A stretch of DNA of 64,000 nucleotides from contig JAXLNO010000573.1 of assembly GCA_038087875.1 (NCBI GenBank), forward strand, positions 186,001 to 250,000, written 5' to 3'. Source of the stretch: Malacoraja senta (taxonomy: Eukaryota). Shown here in pieces: positions 24,145-35,066 of the stretch (the stretch's first letter is position 1; every line of letters starts with the position of its first letter). Made by a program: the position numbers and the translations under genes. The notes beneath the pieces were generated by a model that saw only the letters and a program-made list of their open reading frames with translations, was not told the origin of the DNA and ran no database searches.

Positions 24145-24246
24145 ACAATAGACAATGTCTTCGAGCCAGCACTGCCATTCAATGTGATTATGGCTGATCA
24201 TCCCCAATCAGTACCCCGTTCCTGCCTTCTCCCCATATCCCCTGAT
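24145..24246 (-). mobile_element. CR1 3' tail fragment whose microsatellite is the DIRS target
   Basis: (acaatag)n then ccattcaatgtgattatggctgatcatccccaatcagtaccccgttcctgccttctccccatatcc, the reverse complement of the CR1 end at 12830-12960. Confidence 0.75.
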
Positions 24247-24889
24247 GATATTATAACTGGACAGTTAGAAAATCTCTTGCTGATATTCAACATTAACATG
24301 GATTTATGAAAGGGAAACTCAGGCGAGAAATCTACTGGAGATATCTGAAGTTGTTAGCTGAAGATGAATGTATTGGAGGTTTCTGAAGATAACTGCTTAA
24401 GAAGAACCACCGAATGTGGTGTATTTGTATTTTCAAACGGTCTTTGATAAAAACAAACTGGTGGACATCCTCAGCGGATTGAATATTATCTGTTGAGGGA
24501 ATGGAATTGTCAACGTTTTGGGATGAGACCCTGCATCTGTCCTGATTTGGGGTCTCTACCAGAAACATGAATACTTTTTTGCTCCAGATTCCGGCATCTG
24601 CAGTCTCTTGTGTCTACAGGACCTTGATAAAGTCTTACTTCAGAGGTTATTGTGGAAAAATAATATACCTGTGCTTGGAGATAATATACTAGCATTTATT
24701 GGAAATGGTGTAGGAATAAATTGGGTTTTTGTTGAGGTGACTGGGAAGCAAGTAGTGGGATACGACATAGATTAGTGTTTAGAGCTCTGTACATCTGTCA
24801 CTGAAAAGAAACATAGTGGTGAAGCAGGCAGTTGAGAAGGGAATTGTACATTCTCCTTCATCACAAGAGATTTTGAGTTAAGGAGTAAG

Positions 24890-25373
24890 TCAAGTCAAGT
24901 CAAGTCAAGTTTATTCGTCACATACACATACGAGATGTGCAGTGAAATGAAAAGTGGCAATGCTCACGGACTTTGTGCGAAAAACAAACAAACAAACAAA
25001 CAAACTACAAACAGAACCACATATTCTTTTACATATTACATATCGTGGGAGGAAGGAAAAAGGGAAAAAAAACAACAAAAACAGCAATTTAAAAAACACA
25101 GTAGAGTGGTCCAGTAAAGTTAGTCCCTGGTGAAGTAGGAGTTTACAGTCCTAATGGCCTCTGGGAAGAAACTCCTTCTCAACCTCTCCGTTCTCACAGC
25201 CTGGCAACTGAGGCGTTTGCCTGACTGTAGCAGCTGGAACAGTCCGTTGCAGAGGTGGAAGGGGTCTCCCATGATCTTATTGGCTCTGGAGTTGCACCTT
25301 CTGATGTATAGTTCCTGCAGAGGGGCGAGTGAAGTTCCCATAGTGCGTTCGGCCGAACGCACTACTCTCTGCA
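24890..25373 (-). mobile_element. Rex1/Babar-type LINE 3' fragment
   Basis: LQRVVRSAER..LQELYIRRC..ANKIMGDPFH..LQSGKR..RTERLRRSFFPEAIR; AATAAA(CTTGA)n tail; TSD GAGTAAG at 24883-24889 and 25374-25380. Confidence 0.85.
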
Positions 25374-25591
25374 GAGTAAGGATGTTTTGCTCCAATATTT
25401 AGAACCTGCATCATGAGTATTGTATGTAGATTTGCTCTTAATATCTAACAAAGAACACGTGTTGCACAAATGCAGTAAAGATTCATCAGACTAATTCCTG
25501 AGATGGTGTCAGTATTGCTTAAGAAAATGTTGGGTGCACTCAGCCTGTGTGAATTCAAGTTTGGAAGAATGAAAGGAGATTCTATTGAAAT

Positions 25592-25871
25592 CAGTTTCTT
25601 GCCAGCTGTTATCAGGCAACTGACTCATCCTACCACAACTAGAGAGCAGTGGTGAACTACTGTCTACCTCTTTGGTGACCCTCGGACTACCCTTGATCGG
25701 ACTTTGCTGAATTAACCTTGCATTAAATGTAGTTCCCTTAGCATGTATATATACACTGCAAATGGATCGATTGTATTCATGTATTGTCTTTCTGCTGACT
25801 GGAGAGAACGCAACAAAAATGCTTTTCACTGTACCTCAGTACACGTGATAATAAACTAAACTAAAATAAAC
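25592..25871 (+). mobile_element. Rex1/Babar-type LINE 3' end (another subfamily)
   Basis: Starts SFLPAVIRQL; ends aataaa(ctaaa)n; TSD TGAAAT at 25586-25591 and 25872-25877; homologous to 57430-57705. Confidence 0.72.
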
Positions 25872-27364
25872 TGAAATATATGGAATTGGGAATGGGAGGA
25901 CGGGAGAATATTGTTCCTGGTTTTGTGTGTGGGGGAGGGTGTGGATGGAGTTTCGAGAAATGTGATCACAGTTGCAGGATTGGGAGTAAGATACTGTATG
26001 TGGAACTGAGATGACGAGAAATTTCTTGACTCATACAGTGGTGATCTTGTGAAATTCTTCAGCAAAGAAGGATGTGAAGACCAAGACGCAGAATGTGAGG
26101 GCTAAGAAGGAGGGAGTTCATTTGTCACAGAGGCATCAGGGGGTATTCAATGAGGATATACAATGTTGAGCTACGTGAACAACCATGATTGTACTGAACT
26201 GTGGAATAAGCTTAACGGGCCAAATATCTGCTTCAACCGCAAATGTCTATATTTCTATTTTTCCAACAGCAACCCCCAGAATATTGATGATTGGAGAGTC
26301 AACTATATAATGTGTCTGTCACTAAGAAAGTAGGTAGGTTCTTAATAGAGCATTTTATCCAGAGTAAATCTGCTTAATACTACTGTCCACAACACTAATG
26401 GCTAAGAGTGAGATGTATACTGGAATTTATTTCAAGAAGAGCACTCAGAAGGCACTTTGAAAGAACTTGTGTGTCATACACACTTGTGCTTAATATTTAC
26501 TGGGTAACTCTGCCGCAAGCCACCGCCCTGCGCTCACTCCCCATATACACTGCTAACTGAGAGTAGGATGACAGGAGAGTAATTATCCAGACTAGATTTG
26601 TCCTGCTATATGTGGACAGGTTGCCTTGGGTGATTAAACCATTTATACAATCCAGGGATTGATGCTTTCATTATAAAATTGCTTTTAAAATGAATGCAGG
26701 TTAAGTTGTCTTTATACGAGACGGTGAACTATTTGCAACATTAATTTGAGCTGTCACATCACTTCTGGCGCATGGTGTGATGGCACCAATACACTTGAAT
26801 TACAATAATTAATGGAAGATATGCATTGCAATATTCACGACATCTCGCCTTTGTTCTTATAGTTACCACTGCTGACATTATATCTTGCAGCTTTCTAAAA
26901 TTCATTCAGTTTCTTCCAGACATTATCCTGAGCTTGAAAAAAACAGAAAACTGAATTCACTCAGCCACTGCATCTCACAGGACAACATGTCAACTGCCTT
27001 GGTGATGATGAACTCTTTATTGTGAAATAATTTTTTGTATCCAACTTTTCATTGATTAATTCCATGAGTGACGTGCCAGTGAAACCTGAATCTCAATGAT
27101 AGTAGTATGTAGATGCCAGGCACAAACAGCTAAAAGAGTGCACATCATCTCATTCTTCAAACAAACCTGCCCCATTTTGCCCCACATGTGAGAGTACTTG
27201 AGTCTCATGTTTACCTCATTAGCTCTCATGACATGAAGCAAGTCAGCCTTGGCCCCAAGGGACTGCCTACAATGTCAAATTGGGAACGTCAAAGGCAATT
27301 AGGAGCAAACAGTAGGCATAGCTGGACCCCATGCAAGTGTCCATGGCTACACCTTTATATCTCC

Positions 27365-27868
27365 CACCCCCCACGGATGTCCCTGGCAGACCCATTGTTT
27401 CTGCCTGCTCCTGCCCACTGACTCATCTCCACATACCTTGATTCCATCTCATTCTCCGCTTATCCAGTCCCTTCCAACCAACATCCAAGACACTTCACAC
27501 ACCCTTCAATTCTTCAATAACTTTTAATTTCTAGGCCCCCATTGCCTCATCTTTACCATAGATGTCCAGTCCCTTTACACCTCCATCCCCCACCAGAAAG
27601 GTCTCAAGGCCCTACAGTTCTTCATCGCACACAGGCCCAATCAATTTCCCTCAACTAACATTCACCTCTACCTAGTGGAACTTGACCTCACCCTCAACAA
27701 TTTATCTTTTCATTCCTCTCACTATCTCCAAGTTAAAGGTGTAGCCAAGGGCATTCAAATGGGCCCCAGCTAAGGCTGTATTTTTGTTGGGTACATTGAA
27801 CAGTTTTTTATTCCAAGCACGCACTGGCATCAACCCCCAATTCTTTCTCCACTACATCGATGACTGCT
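27365..27868 (+). pseudogene. Degenerate Penelope-like RT fragment
   Basis: Collinear with ~41785-42270 (cccattgtttctgcctgctcctgccccactga; GVAKGIQMGPS*GCIFVGY; HYIDDC). Confidence 0.82.
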
Positions 27869-28439
27869 TTTATTCATTACACATCTTATTCATCATAGTC
27901 CACCTGCCACTTTTTGCATCCATTCTCTAAGCTTGTCCATGTCACTAAACACTTACTCTGTCTTGTATTGGTTGAGTTGGTTCTATTCCCCGAAATGAAG
28001 AACTCTCAGTTTTGCTTATTCTGGCAAGTCATAATTTAAGGAGAAATTAAACTAATTCTTCCAGTGAGTTAGATCTTGGGTAAAGTGAGAACTTTCAGTT
28101 CTTTTCTCTTTTCGTGTTCAGCAAATATTTCAATATATATGTGAAATGTTATTTGTAGCACCATCATTACTGATTGCAACATTGAGCCAGATTAACATTT
28201 AAATGAACAATCAAAGTGAGCAGGTAATCAATATGGTCTGGTTTTATTAATTAATCACCTTCAATATTGTAATAGTACTTCCAGCAACCACTTAATTAGG
28301 TTTGACCACAGACTTCCAATTATGAATTTTGCATTTCGGTAATTCATAGTTTAAAAACAAAACAAAATATCTCTTTGCAAATCATTTGCTGAATTGGCAG
28401 ATCAGAACTGTACTCTAGGTAATTGTAAATTAACTTGAG

Positions 28440-29260
28440 CTTATAGATATATATATAAAGTATTGAGAGGAATAGATAGGAGAAATATACAGAAATACCC
28501 TAGAGGGTGTGAGCTATAGGGAGAGGTTGAGTAGGCTTGGTATCTACTCCGTGGAGCGGAGGATGAGGGGTGATCTTACAGAGGTGCATAAAATCATGAG
28601 AGGAATAGATTGGGTAGATGCACAGAGTCTCTTGCCCAGAGTAGGGGATTCGAGGACCAGAGGACATACAGTAGGTTCAAGGAGAAGGGGAAAAGATTTA
28701 ATAGGAACTTGAGGAGTAACTTTATCGCACAAAGGGTGGTGGGTGTATGGAACAAGCTGCCAGAGGAGGTAGTTGAGTCTGGGACCATCCCAACGTTTAA
28801 GAAACAGTTAGACAGGTACATGGATAGGACAGGTTTGGAGGGATATGGACCAAGCGGAGGCAGGTGGGACTAGTGTAGCAGGGACATGTTGGCCGGTGTG
28901 GGCAGGTTGGGCCGAAGGGCCTGTTTCCACACTGTATCACTCTCTGACTATCTATGACAGAGGAATCAAGAATTGGAGGGCACAGTTATAAGGTGAGAGG
29001 GGGAATTTAATAGGAACCCCAGGGGAAACTTTTTCACACAGTGAGTGGTGGAATGTGGAACAAGCTGCTAGAAGAAGTAGTTGAGGCGGGTACAATAACA
29101 ACATTTAAAAGACGTTTAGACAGGGACAAGGCTAGGGAAGGTTAAGAGGGATATGAGGCAAAAGCATGCAAATTGAACCATCTTGGTCATCTTGGTTGGC
29201 GTGGATGAGTTGGGCTGAAGGGCCTATTTCTGTGCTGCATGACTTCATGACTCTATGACT
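28440..29260 (+). mobile_element. Two nested CR1 3' fragments (younger copy ~28501-28958)
   Basis: SYRERLSRLGIYS..RGDLTEV..NFIAQRVVGVWNKLP; two successive ctatga tails (~28958, ~29260). Confidence 0.78.
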
Positions 29261-29519
29261 AATGTTGCAATGACAGGTGACCAAACTAAAGTATGTTTTC
29301 CTCCATAGATTCTGGCTGATTTGCTGAGAATTACAGGCAGACTATTTTATGATCTCTAGCACACACTATTTTTGCTTTGATGAAGAACAAAGATTAGTAT
29401 AGCACAGGAATGCCTCTATTCCCTGCACTTCCATGGGCCTATCTAAAAGTCTCAAACGCCACAATCATATCTGTCTCCACCACCATCCCTGCCAATGCGT
29501 TTCAGACACCCACCAGAGA

Positions 29520-30360
29520 AAGCAGGGACTCTGCAGAAGGACTTGGACAGGTTGGGACAGTGGTAGTGGCAAATGGAATACAGCGTAGGAAAGTGTGCAG
29601 TCATGCATTTTGGTACAAGTAAATGGGGAGAGAATTCAGAAATCAGGGGTGAAAAGGGACTTGGGAATGCTTGTGCAGGATTCCCAAAAGTTAATTTGCA
29701 AGTTGAAGTAAGCAAGGCAAACGGAATGACAGCATTTATTTCAAGAGGACTAGAATACAAAAACAGGGATGTAATGCCAAGGCTTTAATAAGGTGCTGGT
29801 CAGACCATATTTGGAGTATTGTGAGCAATTTTGGGCCCCATATCTGAGGAAGGATGTGCTAGTGCTGGAGAGGGTCCAGAGGAGGCTTACGAGAATGATC
29901 CCAGGAATGAGTGCATTAACGTATGTTGAGCATTTGACGGCGAAGGGCCTCTACTCACTGGAGTTCAGAAGGATAAGAGGGACCTCATTAAAACTTACTA
30001 AATTGTGAAAGGCCTGGATAGAGTGGATGTGGAGAGGATGTTTCCACTAATGGGAAAGTCTAGGACCAGAGAATATAGCCTCAGAATAAAAGGGTGTTCC
30101 TTTAGGAAAGAAATGAGGAGGAATCTATTTAGTCAGAAAGTGGTGAATCTGTAGAATTCTGCCATATAAGGCTGTGGAGGCTGTCAATTGATATTTTAAA
30201 GGCAGAGATAGACAGATTCTTCTGCAGGTGTCAGGGGTTACGGGGAGAAGGCAGGAGAATGGAGTTGAGAGGGAAAGATAGATAGGCAATAATTGAATGA
30301 TGAGGTAGGCTTGATGGGCCAAATGACCTTATTCTGCTCCTATCACTTATGAACTTATGA
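29520..30360 (+). mobile_element. CR1 LINE 3' fragment, inside an older minus-strand CR1 (~29390-30790)
   Basis: LVRPYLEYCEQFWAPYLRKD..LERVQRR..GLYSLEFRR; acttatga tail. Confidence 0.8.
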
Positions 30361-31639
30361 AGTCCATGTAATAAACTTGTCTCGCACATCTCCGTGCAAC
30401 TTTCCCCCTCTCACCTTATTGCTAAGCCATCTCCTTTTGGATATATCCACCCATTATAAAAGAGTCTACCCTATCTATGCCTCTTATAGTTATATATCCT
30501 TCTATCATATCCCCTCAATCTCTGACCTTCCAGAGAAAACAATCCAAGTCTATCTAACCTCTACCTGTAGCTGAAACCTTTTAATCCCGGCAGCATTATG
30601 GTAAAACTCCTCTGCACCCTCTCCAAAGCCTCGACATCTTTCCTGTAATGAGGCAACCAGAACTGTATGCTAAACTCCAAATGTGGCCTAACCAAGTCCT
30701 AGAATACTGCATCATGACTTCCTCAGTACCCCTAGCCCCAGGGGTAGAGGTATCCCTAGCAATGAAGGCAAGCATACCATGTACCTTTTTGTGAGTTAAA
30801 TAATAATAATTTCCCAGGTAATAATAAAACATATTATTTAAGATAACATTTCTTGAACATTAAGGTTACAATATATTTTTAACCAAGTATCATTGCAGTG
30901 TGAATCTAAAGGCTGATCAGCATGTTTTTCTTTCTGTAGACTATTGTAATAACTATTGGAAAATGGAGGTTTAATTTTCTCATTTGAGCAGCTTGAACCA
31001 AAGAATGCTGAAATGAAAATTGGTACAATAAGGATTTCAGAATTAATGCACACTGCCTTAAGTGAGAACTATACTTCAGATCACAAAGAAAATCACCATT
31101 TATTATTTACAGTGAGGAATATTTTAAAAGTATTGTATCTTTAAACTAGTCAACCTAAAGCGGTGCTCATGGGTTTTGCTCATTGCAATGACATAAAAAC
31201 CGTTGTTGAGAAACCGTTTTGGACTACAGCAGCTGAACAGATCATTTAGCAAAACAATCCAATATCTTTCATAAATAATGCACAATTTATAATTTAAATA
31301 ATTTTTAAGCTCCACTTTGGGAAAATAAGAAGCATCTGAGGAATGAATGTTAGGAATCAGAATTATATTATTCTGGAAAGAGTTGAGGTCTTGTTTGATT
31401 TAAACTGAGAGAATCCCACCAGGAGTGGGCAGGCTTAGAGCTATGTCACAGCCTCAAGACACCACCAGTGCCCAACCTGATTCAAAGCCACTGCTGTGCC
31501 ATTAAGAACTTCCAGATTATGAAATGGAGGATCCCAGCACAGCTTCCCATTCATCGATGTTTTTTTCATTTAATGCTCAGGGTTCGAGTTTTGAAATTCA
31601 TGGAAAACCAAAAATATTCAACATGGACTTGTTATTATG

Positions 31640-34630
31640 CAAAAATTGGTCTCCGAAATTCAACTATGGCGACGGTGGCAGTGTGTACAGATTGCTGGAA
31701 AGATAATCTGGGGATATGATTTTGAATTGGAAAGTTCACTTAATTAAATAATTTGGCATAAAAGGCTAATGTTATTAGGCAAGAGCTCCGGAGAGTAAAT
31801 TGGGAGCAGTTATTTGGTATGTCCTCTAGTCAGCGTGTTCAATTAAGGAATAAGTAGTTAGAGGAAAGGATATGGATGGCAAAGTAAGGGAACATTTGAT
31901 GACCAGAGAGTTTGAAAATCTGGTCAAGGTGGAAAAAACGGAAGCATATGTGAGGTTTAGGAAGGTGAAATAGGTCAGGGCCTTTGATAAATATAAAGCA
32001 AGCAAGAAAGATCTCAAACAGAGAATTAGAAAGGAAAGATGAAACCATGAAATATCATTGGCAAAATGTAATAAAATAAATTCAGGGCATTCATTACAAT
32101 CAGGAGCACAACTGGGGAGACGGTACGTTCACCCAATGATAAAGGAGGGAATTTATGCTTGGAGTCAGAGGATATAGGCAAGTTACAAAACCAGGACCTT
32201 GCATTTAAATTCACTAGGGAAAAGGACATGGAAGACAGTGAGATCAGTGTAGGGCTATAATTGCCCTAAAACGCCAAGGCAATTTGATATCAAGAAAGAG
32301 GTGGTATTAGGTTCTTGAAAAACTTTAAAATCAATCCCCATGCCCAGGTTATTGAGATAGCAATGTTACAAAATTTTGAGATTTTAAAAATAAAGTCTGC
32401 AATTTATCCCATCAGATAAAGCATAAAAAGAAGTTTAATTTGACACTTAATTCACTTTCATATCTTCAGTATTAAAAAAGTTATGGCCATTATCATACTC
32501 AGAAATTAGCATCTAGTTCCCTATTGCTTTTCCATTGACTTAACACAAAAGCTGTGATCGAGGACAGTTAAAAGCCCATAACTTTCTTAAAAATTATGAT
32601 AACTGAAAGAAATTTTCAGTTATTATAGATTGAAGCATTCTGAAACAAATATGAAACAATCTTACTTCGAAGACATGAAAGTAAAGCATATAATTAGTTA
32701 GTTACCTAATTGTAGCTAATTACAAAATTCAATTACTAGATCTAAACATCTATCAATTTCTTAAGAATAGATTAACATTTTTAAATAGCCTAAGTGTCCA
32801 AATAACATTCACACAATAATTCACAATATAACATAATTTTTAAATCTAATTTTCATGAATTTACAGGCCAAATGGAAGGAATTGAATGTTTAATACCTGT
32901 AAATTAATGGGCATTTAAATCATCTTGTGAGTGAGGATTTCTGGAACGCGATCTTTTGGAACGTTCATTTGCGGTGAATTTAACCCCGTATTGGCATGAA
33001 AAATACTGCCGTTAGTTCGGGGAATAAAATCACCGTGTCGCATGAAAAAATGTGAATTAAAGGCTTCTTAAGAAGCACTTTTATACATTTAAAGAAACCA
33101 CTTTCGTTTACCTGTCCCGTGTGTGAAATCCGTCCCCGTTATCGGCGTTGATGCTTCAGGAGCTGCTTTTAAAGTTACTCTAGCACTGACATTGACGATT
33201 TAATAAAAATAAAAAATTCACAAAACGCCGGTAGGAACGATTCATCAGCCAAGGCTTGTACTCCAACAAAATATCAACCAGGACAAGGGAGGAGAAACCC
33301 ACGTTTTAACCCCGCCCCCCCTTAAAGGCGCCAAAATCGCGCACACGGCCAGTGGCAGAATTACAGCGCGACTGAAGGTAAGTTTTGTAACATACCTAAT
33401 TGAGAGAGGCAAGATTAGGAGGCAAGAGAAGAGACTGCAGGGGTATTGACCATCATCTTCATTTCCTCTTCAGCCACAGGTGTGGTTCAGGAGAACTGGG
33501 GAGTAGCCAACATTATTTCTTTGTTAAGAAGGGATGTAGAGATAATCCAGGAAATTATAGGCTGGAAATTATCAGATCCTCACATCAGTGATAGGGAAGA
33601 TATTAGAGAGGTTTCTGTGAGATAGGATTTACTCACATTTGGAAGGGAATTCGGAACAGTCAGCATGGCTTTGCCCACAGCAGGTCATGTCTTACTAACT
33701 TGGTTGAGTTTTTTGAGGAGGTGACAAAGGTGTTTGATGAGGCAGGGCAATAGATGTTGTCTACATGTGTTTTAGTAAGGCATTTGATAAGATCCCTCAT
33801 GATAGACTGATCTAGAAGATTGAGAAGTATGGGATCATGGTGGTTTGAATTCAGAAATGACTTACCCACAGAAGACAGAGGGTGGTGGTGCAAGAGTATT
33901 ATTCTGTCTGGAGATCCACGTGGATCTGTGCTGAGACCCCCATTGTTGTGATAAATATAAACAACTTAGACGTAATGTACATTTTGTAACTTTGCAGTAA
34001 ACATCAAAATTAGTGGAGTTGCGGAAAGTGAGTAAGGCTATAAAGGATATATTGGAATATAGATCCGTTCCAGGTATGGGCAGAGAAGTGGCAGATGGAG
34101 TTAATCCAAGCAAGTATAAGATGTTGAACTTTGGAAACTTGACTGTATGGGGGTGGTATGCAATTAATGACAGGAGCCTTGACAGCATTAATGTACAGAG
34201 GGATCTTGGTGTCAAATTCCAAGGCTCCTTGAATTTGGCAACACAAAAAGATAGTGGTAAAGAGTGGTAAAGATGGTTTATGTTATGCATTATGTCAGGG
34301 CATTGAGTATAATGAAGTCATGTTTCTCCAAGGTGGAAATATCAAAGACAAGAATGCATAGCTTTCAACTCAGATGAGGAAAGTTTAAGGATATTTGTGA
34401 GGCAAGCTATTTAGAGTGTGGTGCATGACTGGAATGCACTGCCAGGTGATAGGAGCAGATAGGATTGAGGTGTTTAAGAGGTTTTTCAATAGGGACATGG
34501 ATATACAGGGAATGGATTGACATGGATAACATGCAGGCAGATTTGTTTAACTTGGCAACATGTTCAACACAAACAATGTGGATTGAAGGGGCTGTTCAAA
34601 TACTGCAAGCTTCTATGTTCCATGTTCTAC
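31640..34630 (+). mobile_element. Old CR1 LINE (ORF2 remnants) interrupted by a TIR element
   Basis: PRLLREAR rebuilt across the insert; KKGCRDNPGNYR, QHGF, CLTNLVEFFEEVT, QRDLGV; ttctatg tail. Confidence 0.72.
32358..33398. mobile_element. Non-autonomous DNA transposon, superfamily unassigned
   Basis: Imperfect 16-bp TIRs TAGCAATGTTACAAAA / TTTTGTAACATACCTA; 7-bp TSD ATTGAGA at 32351-32357 and 33399-33405; no ORF. Confidence 0.8.
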
Positions 34631-35037
34631 ATTAATAACAGTGTCCATGAAACTCCTGGATAGTCAGAAACCTCTTAATGTACTTCTGTGAAGGAGGTCT
34701 ATTGCTCATATCTGGTCTTGCCTTCATGTGACTCACAAGAGTGCAGTTGAGTGAAGGAAGGAACTGCAGATGCTGGTTTACACTGAAGAAAGACACAAAA
34801 TGCTGGAGTAAGATGATGGTTGTGTCCAACACTGCCTACAAATGGCCCAGCAAGCTATTCAATTATATTGAGCCACTGCGTATGAAATCAGGAGAAACAA
34901 AATAGGATGAATCAACTTGCCTTAGTTTCTACATTGGAGCAGAACAAAGATTTACCCATTCCTGGTCAATCTCACAAAATCTCCTCATAATCATCTGAAT
35001 ATTTGTACTAAACCTGTGAGAGCAGTGCAATAGAGTC

Positions 35038-35066
35038 TGAGTTACTCCAGCATTTTGTGTCTATCT
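35038..35066 (+). repeat. 29-bp Penelope-type terminal micro-insertion
   Basis: tgagttactccagcattttgtgtctatct between TAGAGTC repeats (35031-35037, 35067-35073). Confidence 0.6.

Larger units (their letters stand above)
19300..26260 (+). mobile_element. Old, heavily decayed CR1 that hosts the DIRS, a CR1 tail, a Penelope repeat and two Rex1-type fragments
   Basis: Remnants EIGDALIV..VSLISVVGK..SII (19320-19520), HGFMKGK (~24297), RSKDVLLQ across 24880/25381, CR1-type 3' end ~26200-26260. Confidence 0.6.

Noticed and set aside
22288..24182. Several ORFs of 60-200 aa as host genes
   Set aside because: Inside the DIRS element; decayed gag/leader region or antisense frames
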